A stretch of 64,000 bases of DNA from NCBI GenBank assembly GCA_032249235.1, contig JAVVGF010000001.1, positions 352,001 through 416,000 of the forward strand, written 5' to 3'. The notes beneath the pieces were generated by a model. It was not told the origin of the DNA, searched no databases, and saw only the letters and a list, made by a program, of their open reading frames with translations. This stretch comes from Thermoproteota archaeon. GTDB lineage: Archaea > Thermoproteota > Thermoprotei > Gearchaeales > Gearchaeaceae. Of the stretch, positions 19,207 through 29,097 are shown in pieces. Positions within the stretch are counted from its first letter, which is position 1; each line of letters opens with the position of its first letter. A program made the position numbers and the translations under genes.

Positions 19207-19416
19207 CTATTCAGTTATTACTTCTGCTATTGCAAACCTTCCTGCAACCTTTACGATTTTTGCTTTTACTTTATCTCCTTTCTTTGTGTTTTTAACAAAA
19301 ACAACAAAGCCTTTTACTCTTGCTACACCGTCTCCTTGTCTTCCAACTTCTTGAATTTCTAGATCATACACTTCGTTTACCTTTACAGGTTTTTCGAAAA
19401 ATCTCTTCGTGCTCGT
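19207..19416 (-). CDS. Single TRAM-domain RNA-binding protein (archaeal cold-shock-like); start codon non-canonical (ACG/ATT)
   Basis: KPVKVNEVYDLEIQEVGRQGDGVARVKGFVVFVKNTKKGDKVKAKIVKVAGRFAIAEV is a typical archaeal TRAM protein. Confidence 0.85.
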   Translation of the reverse strand, partial: TSTKRFFEKPVKVNEVYDLEIQEVGRQGDGVARVKGFVVFVKNTKKGDKVKAKIVKVAGRFAIAEVITE

Positions 19417-19501
19417 ATCAATTCAGCCCGTTTTGATTAAATTAAATTTTCATATATTTAAATCTTTTTAAGTTTATTATTAAGTTCGAAAACTTAAAAT
19501 T

Positions 19502-20779
19502 ATGCCTGATGCTGATGTTATCGTAGTCGGTGCAGGATTAGCTGGATTAAGCGCTGCTTATAAGTTAGCTAGTTATGGCAAGAATGTTATTGTGTTGGAA
19601 AGAGGTGAATATCCAGGTTCTAAGAATGTTAGTGGAGGTAGAATGTATTTGCATGCAATAAAGAAGCATATTGATATTCCAATTTTTGATATGCCTTTTG
19701 AAAGGTTTGTAGTTAGAGAATGTATAACTTTCTTAAGCGGTAATATGTCGACAACTCTTGAATTAAGTCATTATAATGTAACAGAACCTATGAGCGCAAC
19801 AGTATTAAGAGCAAAGTTTGATAAATGGTTTGCAGAGAAAGTCGAAGAGAAAGGTGCAAGCATAATTACAAGGGCTAAGGTAGATGATTTGTTGATTGAG
19901 AATGGATTTACTAAAGGCGTTATTGTTGAAGGCGAACAATTAACTTCAAACGTTGTAATAATTGCTGAAGGCGTGAATAGTTTTCTTGCAGAGAAGTATG
20001 GTTTAAGGAAAAGCTTTAGCCCAGATTCAATAACTGTTGCAGCAAAAGGAATTGTTGAATTGGGCGAGGAAGAAATAAATAGAAGATTCAATCTAAAAGG
20101 AAGGGAAGGAGTTGCCCATGCAATAATCGGTTTTACTGATGGAATCCAAGGTGGTGGATTTATTTATACAGATAGGGAAGTCGTTTCAATAGGCGTTGTA
20201 TGCTTGCTTAAATCTTTAGTAGAACATAAAAAGTCAATAGCTGATCTATTCGAAGATTTTAGATTGCATCCTGCTATTCAAAGATATATTGAAGGAGGAA
20301 GGCTAATAGAATATTCAGGTCATTGTACGCCTGAACTAGGTTATAACATGATACCTAAAATTTATTCAAACGGATTGCTAATAGCAGGTGACGCTGCTGG
20401 ATTTTTCTTAGAGGGAGGTCCCATATTAAGAGGAATGGATTTCGCAATTGAATCAGGTGCTCTTGCTGCTGAAGCTGCAAGAATTGCTTTAGAAAAAAAT
20501 GATTTTTCAGAAAAAACGCTCAAAATTTATATCGATTTCTTAAATGATAGTTTTGTAATGAGAGATTTAAAAATGTACAGGAATTCACCTAAAGCTACAT
20601 CTATTCCAAGGCTTTATACAGTTTATCCTAAATTAATTAATGAAATTTTCAGCGAGGCGATGACGATAAATGGAAATATTAAACCTCATTTAGGAAGTAT
20701 TATTTTTAAAAGTTTAGCGAGAAATGCAAATATACTTCATTTGATTAGAGATACATTTGAATTCTTAACTTCTTTATAA
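19502..20779 (+). CDS. fixC: FixC-like FAD-dependent oxidoreductase (ETF:quinone oxidoreductase)
   Basis: GAGLAG, ERGEYPGSKNVSGG, PFERFV, LRAKFDKWFA, AGDAAG, RGMDFAIESG. Confidence 0.85.
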   Translation: MPDADVIVVGAGLAGLSAAYKLASYGKNVIVLERGEYPGSKNVSGGRMYLHAIKKHIDIPIFDMPFERFVVRECITFLSGNMSTTLELSHYNVTEPMSATVLRAKFDKWFAEKVEEKGASIITRAKVDDLLIENGFTKGVIVEGEQLTSNVVIIAEGVNSFLAEKYGLRKSFSPDSITVAAKGIVELGEEEINRRFNLKGREGVAHAIIGFTDGIQGGGFIYTDREVVSIGVVCLLKSLVEHKKSIADLFEDFRLHPAIQRYIEGGRLIEYSGHCTPELGYNMIPKIYSNGLLIAGDAAGFFLEGGPILRGMDFAIESGALAAEAARIALEKNDFSEKTLKIYIDFLNDSFVMRDLKMYRNSPKATSIPRLYTVYPKLINEIFSEAMTINGNIKPHLGSIIFKSLARNANILHLIRDTFEFLTSL

Positions 20780-21078
20780 TGGCGGAAGTAAACAAACCAT
20801 TGAGAATATCAGAAAGATTAGCACTTACTACATACAATACTGATAAATTAAGTCATATTGAAGTAGATAATGAAAAATGTGCTACTTGTTTGAGCAAAGC
20901 TTGCCTTTATGTATGTCCCGCTAAAGTCTATGAATTGAAAGATGGCAAAATAATCTTTCATTACGAAGCATGTTTTGAAACAGGAGCTTGCATAGTAGCT
21001 TGTCATCAAATGGGAAATAAAGGAATAAAATGGAAATATCCTAAAGGAGGTTATGGTGTTATATTTAGACTCGGATAA
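20779..21078 (+). CDS. fixX: FixX-like ferredoxin
   Basis: CATC.SKACLYVCPAKVY, YEACFETGAC, WKYPKGGYGV; coupled to fixC. Confidence 0.85.
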   Translation: MAEVNKPLRISERLALTTYNTDKLSHIEVDNEKCATCLSKACLYVCPAKVYELKDGKIIFHYEACFETGACIVACHQMGNKGIKWKYPKGGYGVIFRLG

Positions 21079-21139
21079 AAAGTTTGAATGATATGTTCAA
21101 ACATAAAGCATTATAAGCTTTTAAGTTGAAATATTAACG

Positions 21140-21433
21140 ATGGCTTTTATGTTCGAACAAGCTATAGCTTTAGTTGTGCCATTTCTGTTAGGTCTTTTAG
21201 TAGGGTATATACTGAAACAGTCTATAAAAATTCTTGTAGCTGTAGCAATTATAATTCTAATTCTCCTCGCTATAGGCGCGATAAACATAAGCGTCCTTGA
21301 ATACGGTTTCAAGCATATATTAGCCTATGGTGTTAGTGCTATCGAAGCTGCTAAGGCTGTTGCGGCTGTATTACCTTTTTCCTCAATATTATTCATAATA
21401 GGTTTAGCGATAGGTTTCTTATTATCTAAGTGA
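21140..21433 (+). CDS. Small integral membrane protein
   Basis: Three hydrophobic segments; GTGA overlap with the downstream polymerase gene. Confidence 0.7.
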   Translation: MAFMFEQAIALVVPFLLGLLVGYILKQSIKILVAVAIIILILLAIGAINISVLEYGFKHILAYGVSAIEAAKAVAAVLPFSSILFIIGLAIGFLLSK

Positions 21434-22518
21434 AAATAATCTGTTGCGTAGATCTAGATTATTTTTATGCCCAGTGTGAAGAAGTTTTGAATCCAAGCAT
21501 AAAGGATAAACCTGTCGTTGTTTGCATGTTTTCAGGTAGAGGAAGTGAAGGAGGAGCTGTTGCAACATGCAACTATATTGCAAGGAAATATGGAGTAAAA
21601 TCTGGAATGGCAATTGCAAGAGCAAAGAAATTGCTTGAAGGTAAGGAAGCATATTTCTTACCTGCAAGACTTGAGTTGTATGAAGAGATTTCCCAAAGAG
21701 TAATGAATATAGTTAAGGAATATGCAGATCAATTGGAAATAATTAGCGTTGATGAAGCTTTTTTAGATGTTACCCAAAAATCTGGAGGAGATTTTGACAA
21801 AGCTGTTCTTTTGATGCAAGTAATGAAAAATGAAATATACGAAAAAGAACACCTAACTTGTTCCGTAGGAATATCTTTTTCTAAAGTAATTGCTAAGATT
21901 GCTTCAGGTCTTAAAAAACCAAATGGTCTTGTTTTAGTGAAACCGGAAGATTTACAAAACATCATTTGGCCTTTGCCTGTTGAAGAAATTCCAGGTATAG
22001 GTCCTAAAACCAAAGAAATTTTGAATAAGTTGGGAATAATGACAATAGGCGATCTTGCTAAGGTTAATATTTTAACGTTAATTGAAATATTTGGGAAAAA
22101 GACTGCTACTTATCTTAAACTAGCAGCTGAAGGGAAAGACAAAGAAGAGATCAAGGAAGTTGAAGAAGCTAAGCAATATAGCAGAATGATCACTTTGAAA
22201 GAAAATACTTTATCCATGCGAGATATACTGCCTTATATTGAGGCTTTATGTAAAGAATTATCGGAAGCTTTGAAAAAGGATAAAAAATTAGCAAGAGGTA
22301 TAGGCTTAACTGCTATATTAGAGGATCTATCTACATTGTCAAAAAATAAAACTTTAGAAGAACCAACAAATGAGTTCGAAAAGATTTTTGAAGTTTCAAA
22401 AAGTTTACTTCCTGAACTAATCTCCAAATCTAATAAACTTTTTAGAAGAATATCTGTAAGAGTTTTTAATTTAATTGATATATCAGGAGTTAAAACATTA
22501 GAAGAATTTATCAAATAA
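21430..22518 (+). CDS. dinB: Y-family DNA polymerase IV (Dpo4/Dbh)
   Basis: VDLDYFYAQCEE, GAVATCNYIARKYGVKSGM, SVDEAFLD, AKIAS..KKPNG, PGIG; C-terminal PIP-like TLEEF. Confidence 0.93.
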   Translation: MKIICCVDLDYFYAQCEEVLNPSIKDKPVVVCMFSGRGSEGGAVATCNYIARKYGVKSGMAIARAKKLLEGKEAYFLPARLELYEEISQRVMNIVKEYADQLEIISVDEAFLDVTQKSGGDFDKAVLLMQVMKNEIYEKEHLTCSVGISFSKVIAKIASGLKKPNGLVLVKPEDLQNIIWPLPVEEIPGIGPKTKEILNKLGIMTIGDLAKVNILTLIEIFGKKTATYLKLAAEGKDKEEIKEVEEAKQYSRMITLKENTLSMRDILPYIEALCKELSEALKKDKKLARGIGLTAILEDLSTLSKNKTLEEPTNEFEKIFEVSKSLLPELISKSNKLFRRISVRVFNLIDISGVKTLEEFIK

Positions 22519-22987
22519 TATTTAATTTCTTTGCAAATTCGATCGTTTTCTCTTTGGTTTCCCATGGGACATATAAATAATCAAGCATTTCCTCTTTGCT
22601 CATGCCTAAATTTTTTGCTTCTTCGATGGTATATTTATAAGCTTCAATTTCTGTAGGTCTTTCATAATATGAATATCTTCTATCAAAAAGATCCAAGCCC
22701 TTCTTCCATTGAAGAACATGTATTAATTCATGTAAGATATCTAGATATAAATCTCTTAGTTTTCCCTTTTTCAAATAACTTTGGCAAATATATATTGATC
22801 CATCGGAATCTTCGACCCACATATAACCGTTACAATCAACAATCCTTATCTTTACAGTTCTTTTCATTTCTTCAAATTTTTCTTTAAGAACGTTTTTTAC
22901 AATCCAAGAATTTTCTAGACCTGAGAATACTTCTTCAAGCAAATATTCGCCTTTTTTGAGCTTTCTATTCACTTTAAAGTTCTCCAT
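22511..22987 (-). CDS. Hypothetical protein with an HExxH metallopeptidase-like motif
   Basis: LDILHELIHVLQ...ERPTEIEAY. Confidence 0.65.
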   Translation of the reverse strand: MENFKVNRKLKKGEYLLEEVFSGLENSWIVKNVLKEKFEEMKRTVKIRIVDCNGYMWVEDSDGSIYICQSYLKKGKLRDLYLDILHELIHVLQWKKGLDLFDRRYSYYERPTEIEAYKYTIEEAKNLGMSKEEMLDYLYVPWETKEKTIEFAKKLNII

Positions 22988-23031
22988 TGTTTCGAATTTA
23001 TCTTTTTTAACGAATAAATAAATTAACTTGC

Positions 23032-23889
23032 ATGAATGTCAATTATTTTTATCAACCAGTTTCAAGCATAACAAAACTTGCAGTTGGCTTAAAAGAAATC
23101 CTAGTTAATGCTAAAACAAATTATCAACACGTAATAATAGCAGAATTATATGAATACGGTCTTTCTTTAATACTAGATGATTTAATTCAAGTTGCTGAAG
23201 CAGATGAAGCTTTTTATCATGAAGCTCTAGTACATCCTGCTTTGTTTTTGCATGGAGATCCAAAAAAGGTTTTAATAATAGGAGGAGGAGACGGTTGTGC
23301 TGCAAGAGAGGTTTTGAAGCATAATGTTGAATTGATTAAGTTAGTTGACATAGATGGTGAACTTGTTGAGCTTTGCAAAAAGTATTTGAAGAGAATAAAT
23401 CAAGGAGCTTTAGAAAATGAAAAAGTGGAAGTAATAATTATGGATGGCAAAGAGTTTATTGAAAAAGAAAATCAAATATATGATATCATCATTCTTGATC
23501 TAACTGATCCATTTGGTCCTGAAATTTCCAAAGAGCTATACTCAGAGAAATTTTATAATAAAATAAAGAGGATTTTGGATTCAGACGGTATTCTCGTAAC
23601 GCAAGCAGGTACTGCTTTTTATTATACTGAAGTTTATGATTCTGTTTTGAATAATTTGAAGAATGTTTTCAAATTTGTGAAAGACTACGAGAATTGGATA
23701 CCATCCTTCGGATATAGCTGTTGTTTCATATTAGCATCAGATAAACATGACGTGAGGCATATAAATGAAGATGTCTTAGAAGAGAGGATTAAAAGGAAAA
23801 AAATAGAGCTAAGATTTTACAGCAAAGATACCCATATATCATTGTTTAAGAGAAGGATAACAAGAAATTTGATTAGCTCAATCTTTTAA
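23032..23889 (+). CDS. speE: Polyamine aminopropyltransferase (spermidine synthase)
   Basis: YHEALVHP, VLIIGGGDG, VDIDGELV, DIIILDLTDP, LVTQAG. Confidence 0.9.
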   Translation: MNVNYFYQPVSSITKLAVGLKEILVNAKTNYQHVIIAELYEYGLSLILDDLIQVAEADEAFYHEALVHPALFLHGDPKKVLIIGGGDGCAAREVLKHNVELIKLVDIDGELVELCKKYLKRINQGALENEKVEVIIMDGKEFIEKENQIYDIIILDLTDPFGPEISKELYSEKFYNKIKRILDSDGILVTQAGTAFYYTEVYDSVLNNLKNVFKFVKDYENWIPSFGYSCCFILASDKHDVRHINEDVLEERIKRKKIELRFYSKDTHISLFKRRITRNLISSIF

Positions 23890-24456
23890 AACCTCACCTT
23901 TCCAAATTCTTAAAGTTTTATCCTCTATGCCTAAGTATCTTAATGCTCTTGCAATAGATTGATCGACTAAGTCTATCAAATCCTTTGGCTTACTATACCA
24001 TGCTGGTAAAGGAGGGAATATAACTACATTTGGCAATAAAGATAACTTCCTAAGATTATCTAAATGGATAAAGCTCAAAGGTGTTTCTCTGATCAATAGC
24101 ACAAGCGTTCTTTTTTCTTTGATACATACATCCGCAGCTCTTAACAATAAATTAGTAGCAAGACCGTTAGCTATGCTTGCAACTGTCTTCATAGAACATG
24201 GAGCAATTATCATGCCATCCGAGGGAAAAGATCCGCTTGCTATTGGAGCACTAAAATCAAATTCTTCATAATAAAAATTAGCCAATTTTATTATTTCTTC
24301 TCTTTTCATATCCAATTCATCTTCGATTACTTTCCAGGCAGAAGATGATACTACTAAATGAGATTCATGTCCTAATTCTCTCAATTTAACTAAAGTCCTG
24401 TATCCATATATTGAACCTGAAGCTCCAGAAATCCCAACAATTATTCTTTTTTTCAT
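23878..24456 (-). CDS. ubiX: Flavin prenyltransferase UbiX
   Basis: VGISGASG, APIASGS, APCSMKT, RAADVCIKEKR, RETPL. Confidence 0.93.
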   Translation of the reverse strand: MKKRIIVGISGASGSIYGYRTLVKLRELGHESHLVVSSSAWKVIEDELDMKREEIIKLANFYYEEFDFSAPIASGSFPSDGMIIAPCSMKTVASIANGLATNLLLRAADVCIKEKRTLVLLIRETPLSFIHLDNLRKLSLLPNVVIFPPLPAWYSKPKDLIDLVDQSIARALRYLGIEDKTLRIWKGEVLKD

Positions 24457-25451
24457 AATTCGCTAACAGCTTTAAGTATTTCTTTTATCTCTTTCGCTGT
24501 ATATCTTTTCCCTAACAATTTATCTAATATTCTTGATTTAAGTGAAAGCTTAGGTGAACAACCGCATGCAAAAGGATGGCCGCCACCATTGAACCTTCGA
24601 GCTATTGTGAGTAGATTAATATTCTTGTTCAAGCCTGCATAAAGTGATACTGATCTATTCGAATATATTACAACGGTGAAATCTAAATTATGTTCGATAC
24701 TCGCATACTTTCCAGTCAAACTTCCAGGCAATTTTGATTTTCTTACATCAATAACTGCATATCTATAATTGCTTTTAGTAAGAAAAACTGGTAATGTTTT
24801 CACATATTCCTTGATCTTTTCATCATTCCTTTCTTCCTTTTTTGCCCACTTCAATATTTTTTCATCATTTATTCTTCCTTCACTCAATGCTTCAAAAACA
24901 TATTGCAATCTCTTCTTATTTCTTATTGCTCGATTTATGTTAATTGCTTCTTCTGTCGAATAGTTTGCGCTATCTGCATCGTTTGCAATGCTTACAAGTT
25001 TCATACTTATCTCGTCATTTAATTCAAAAACTTTGGCTACAAGTTCTGCAGCACTAACAGAGCGTTCAACAAATACTTTGGCTTTCTCCTTAATTTTTTC
25101 TATAGAACCTGGAGGCCATGAATGATGATCTATCCATATTACCTCGCATTTTGAATTTGTAATTTTTTCTATACTATTGTAAATTGTGTCTATTTGCTCC
25201 TCGTTTGGAGACAAATCAGATAATACTACAATCTTATTTTCCAAATTCAATTCTGAAAGATGGTATGGCAAATTCCTCGGAGATGAAGGTAAATAGTATG
25301 CATCGCCGAATTTTCTTTTTATTATAGAAGCTGAAATTACGCCGTCAACATCATCATGAGAAATTATAATAACCTTTTTGCTATTATCAATTTCTATCTT
25401 TTTTTTCTTATTTAATTTAAATAATTTTAATAATTTAATAATGAATTTCAT
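24453..25451 (-). CDS. DHH family phosphoesterase
   Basis: SHDDVDG, SDLS, WIDHH, GGGHPFACG. Confidence 0.85.
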   Translation of the reverse strand: MKFIIKLLKLFKLNKKKKIEIDNSKKVIIISHDDVDGVISASIIKRKFGDAYYLPSSPRNLPYHLSELNLENKIVVLSDLSPNEEQIDTIYNSIEKITNSKCEVIWIDHHSWPPGSIEKIKEKAKVFVERSVSAAELVAKVFELNDEISMKLVSIANDADSANYSTEEAININRAIRNKKRLQYVFEALSEGRINDEKILKWAKKEERNDEKIKEYVKTLPVFLTKSNYRYAVIDVRKSKLPGSLTGKYASIEHNLDFTVVIYSNRSVSLYAGLNKNINLLTIARRFNGGGHPFACGCSPKLSLKSRILDKLLGKRYTAKEIKEILKAVSEL

Positions 25452-26890
25452 TATATTTCGATCAAAGATCCTCTATTTAAATTTTTAGACATATATGGGC
25501 CATCAAGCTCATAACCGAATTTTCTATAATAACCTCTAACTCCAATAGCACTAATTATGATCATTTTGTTTAATCCATACTCAAAAAAAGCAATCCTTTC
25601 TGCTTCAGCTAAAAGCATTTTTCCATATCCTTTGTGTTGCCATGCTTCTTCACTTTTAATTCCTACAGGTACAGCTGAGCCATAAACATGTAGTTCTCTC
25701 ACTATAGCAGCATCCTTTGCTTCTTTCTTCCATGAATTTTCAGGAACTCTTAGCCTCAAATATCCAACCAATGTTAAATCATCATCCTCGAAAGATAAGA
25801 AATGTTCTATTCCTCCATAAGTTTGATAACTCCTGCGGATTAGTTTTATTTTACTCGGATCAATCTTTAATTTTTCTTTTATTTCTCTTATCCCTACTTC
25901 TCTACATCTTGTACAAAGGCATCTAATTCCTTTTTGCTTTAGTTTATGATTAACATATTCTCTTAAATCCCCCCTCTTTATTCCTGCAATGACCAAGCTT
26001 GAAGGTAGATCTCTTTGAACTCTATTAACTCTAATATAAGGCGGCATGAACTTCGTTATTTCACAAATAATTTCTGCGGCTTCTTCTTCATTTAATGGTT
26101 TGTATTTACCTTCTAAGTATTCTTTATAAAGTTCTGAACCAGGCATGACTAATGTTGGGTATATTTTTACCATATCAGGGCAAAATCTAGGATCATAGAA
26201 AATTGTTTTAAAAGTCTCTATATCCATTTGTTTTGTTGAACCTGGCAATCCTAGCATTATATGATAGCATACTTCAAAGCCTGCATCTTTTAAAAGTTTT
26301 GTTGCATGTATTACTTCTTTAACACCATGTCCTCTCTTGACCCTTTCAAGAACACTATCAAATGTCGATTGTACACCTATTTCAACTCTAGTTACGCCTA
26401 AATCTAAAAGTTCCTGAAGTATCATTTCATCAAGCCAATCAGGTCTAGTTTCTACAGATATCCCGACACATTTTATCAGAGCTTTTTCATTTTTGGCTAT
26501 TTCTTCTTCTATATTGAAATTTTCAAAATAGTTACTTTTTGGAAAATCGTTAAGTGCCTTTACCGCTGAGCCGATAAACCATCTTCGATAGTTTTTAGGC
26601 AAAGCAGTAAATGTTCCTCCTACGACTATTATTTGGGACTTCGAAGGGAAATGACCCATCATCAAATATTGCTTTAGCCGATCCATTGTTTGATAATAAG
26701 GATGATAAGCGTTCATAGCAGCTCTATTAACTGCAGGTTCACCAATTAGATAGCTCTTAGGCGCACCAAAATTAGGGCCTCCGAAACAATACGTGCATTT
26801 AGCAGGACAATCAAAAGGTGCAGTAACAATAGCTACTACAGATATCCCTGATGCAGCCCTTATTGGTTTTTTTATTTCGCTTAATTCCAC
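25451..26890 (-). CDS. elp3: tRNA uridine(34) acetyltransferase Elp3 (radical SAM/KAT)
   Basis: CPAKCTYC, PKSY, GGTF, ETRPD, VEIGVQS, KIYPT, RVQRD, RELHVYG, WQHKGYG, ISAIGVRGYYRKFGY. Confidence 0.93.
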   Translation of the reverse strand: MELSEIKKPIRAASGISVVAIVTAPFDCPAKCTYCFGGPNFGAPKSYLIGEPAVNRAAMNAYHPYYQTMDRLKQYLMMGHFPSKSQIIVVGGTFTALPKNYRRWFIGSAVKALNDFPKSNYFENFNIEEEIAKNEKALIKCVGISVETRPDWLDEMILQELLDLGVTRVEIGVQSTFDSVLERVKRGHGVKEVIHATKLLKDAGFEVCYHIMLGLPGSTKQMDIETFKTIFYDPRFCPDMVKIYPTLVMPGSELYKEYLEGKYKPLNEEEAAEIICEITKFMPPYIRVNRVQRDLPSSLVIAGIKRGDLREYVNHKLKQKGIRCLCTRCREVGIREIKEKLKIDPSKIKLIRRSYQTYGGIEHFLSFEDDDLTLVGYLRLRVPENSWKKEAKDAAIVRELHVYGSAVPVGIKSEEAWQHKGYGKMLLAEAERIAFFEYGLNKMIIISAIGVRGYYRKFGYELDGPYMSKNLNRGSLIEI

Positions 26891-26939
26891 GCTTTAATTG
26901 ACTTTCATTAAACGAATTAATAAATGTTAGTTAAAAAAT

Positions 26940-27897
26940 ATGAAGATGAATGTTAGGAGTTTAAGATACTACGACATTCCTCAATTAACAAAATTATATA
27001 ATGAAGAAATGGCTTATGATCCAGACTTTCGACCCCTAAATCCTAATGAATTCGAAGCAAGATTCATTGAACAACCTTTCATAACTGAAGATTTGATTTT
27101 TGTTTGTGAACAAAATGATAAATTATTAGGTTGCATTATAGCTGACATAGATCAGCTTGTTGAATTAAAATTTGGTAAGAAAATCGCAATAATAGATTTA
27201 ATTTTAGCAAAAAAGGAAAAGTTTGAAGAAACACTACATGTTTTGTTAGAGAATCTTTTTGAAAAGATAGATAAAGAAGGAGCAAAAGAAATCCAAGTCC
27301 ATTTCATTGCAGATAATTTCAAAATCCTTCATGATTTTTTGATTTCAGAAGGGTTTAAATTAGATAGAGAATGGTATTATATGGAAAGTAAGGTTAAATA
27401 TTACGAGCTAGAGGATTTACCCAGCGGTTTCAAATGGGATTATATAAAATTCAAAGGCAGGCATGCTAATGCAAAAAAAATGGTTGCAATGTCATAACGA
27501 AGCATTCAAGGATCATTATGGTATGCGACCATTAAGATATGAAGAATTAAAGTCTTATACTTTAGAAGAAAACTTCGATCCTAAAGGATATTTCGGGATA
27601 TATGAAATTAATAGAAAAAGATTTATCGCTCAATGTTCATGCGAAATCGATCAAAAATTAAACGAATACAAAAATATGAAGAGAGCAATCATTTGGACTG
27701 TAGGAGTTATAGAAGAATATAGGAATAGGGGCTTTGGAAGAATGCTTGTTAAAAAAGCTTTCAATTGGGCATATGAAAAAGGTATGCAAACAGTTGCTAT
27801 ACATGTTGATTCGCAAAACAACGTTGCTTATAATTTATATTCAAGTCTAGGCTTTACAGCAATAAGGAAAAGATTATTCTATAGTATTGCGTTCTAA
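26940..27897 (+). pseudogene. Tandem GNAT acetyltransferase split by a +1 frameshift in an A8 tract (ORFs 26940-27497 and 27463-27897)
   Basis: Removing one A from 27473-27480 joins ...HANAKK to WLQCHNEAF...; C-half has GVIEEYRNRGFG and N.VAYNLYSSLGF GNAT motifs. Confidence 0.7.
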
Positions 27898-29061
27898 TAT
27901 CCCTGTTATACTTGAAAATATACTTAGAGTTTCTTTTAATAATTCTTGAGATTTTTCATCTAAGTTATATCGATCTAGAATATCCTTTAGCGAAAGCCAT
28001 GTTTTTATTGCTCCATGAGAATTCAAATTATTCCCAATATATTTTAAAAAAATATTTTTATGTTTTTCAATTTGGTTAATTAGGTTTTTCTTTTTTCTTC
28101 CTTTATTTATTTTAATGGATTTTAATCTTTTTCTAATTTTTTGAGCATAATATAAAGAATTGAAATTAAAATTATAATCTCTGTTTATTTTCATTAGATA
28201 ATAATAAATTCTTAATACGTCCATATCATATTTGTTCATTATATCCCTATAATAAATTATATTCCCTAAAGATTTTGACATTTTTTCACCTTTATAATTC
28301 AATAGACCCATGTGTATGAAATAGCGCGATATTGGATAGATTTTTTCGTAATACTCGCCAAGAAGTAAAATAAATTCATGATGTGGAAATATCAATTCTT
28401 TAGCTCCAATGTGAATATCGCAATAACCTCCTAGAAAATTCTCTATAACTGTGAAATCTTGTAAATGCCATCCAACCATACCATTGCCAAGCTTTGGATC
28501 GATTTCATCTCCGTTTCTTAACCATAATTTGAAATCGCAAGGATTTCTTTTATTTTCAGAAGGCTCTAAAAGAAGATTGAAGATGTAGTTTCTTTCTAAT
28601 TTAGATAAGGACCCAAGATATTTAGAGCGTGAAATATCACAGTAAATTCCTTCCTTTGTTTCATATGCTAAGTTTTTGCTTAAAAGATCTAAAATTATTT
28701 TAGTAGATTCTTGAATAAGCTTTGAAGGTCTTACGAAGAAAACTTTGTCGTTTATGATTTTTTGAATATCCTCGGTTACTCTATCGAAATACCTATCCGC
28801 TATTTCTTTTGCTCTAACTTTTTCTCTTTGAGCTTTTTCTAAGATTTTAATATCCATATCTGTTAAGTTTATTACGATTTCTGTTCTAAGCCCGAGGAAT
28901 TTTAAATATCTGTTTACCAAATCTGTTGTTAGCAACACTCTTAAATGACCTAAATGAACGTCATCATAAAGAGTAGGACCACATACGAAAATTTTAACAG
29001 TTTCTTCAAGAGGTTTAAAAAGTTCGAATTTACCTAGAATTCTGTTGTAGAGCCTAAGCAT
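27874..29061 (-). CDS. cysS: Cysteinyl-tRNA synthetase-like class I ligase (short, divergent; may be a paralog)
   Basis: FVCGPTLYDDVHLGHLR, DFKLW, GWH, LIFPHHE, KMSKSLGN. Confidence 0.7.
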   Translation of the reverse strand: MLRLYNRILGKFELFKPLEETVKIFVCGPTLYDDVHLGHLRVLLTTDLVNRYLKFLGLRTEIVINLTDMDIKILEKAQREKVRAKEIADRYFDRVTEDIQKIINDKVFFVRPSKLIQESTKIILDLLSKNLAYETKEGIYCDISRSKYLGSLSKLERNYIFNLLLEPSENKRNPCDFKLWLRNGDEIDPKLGNGMVGWHLQDFTVIENFLGGYCDIHIGAKELIFPHHEFILLLGEYYEKIYPISRYFIHMGLLNYKGEKMSKSLGNIIYYRDIMNKYDMDVLRIYYYLMKINRDYNFNFNSLYYAQKIRKRLKSIKINKGRKKKNLINQIEKHKNIFLKYIGNNLNSHGAIKTWLSLKDILDRYNLDEKSQELLKETLSIFSSITGILERNTIE

Positions 29062-29097
29062 GAAGAATTTATTTATGAGACTGAATTTAAGCTTTTA

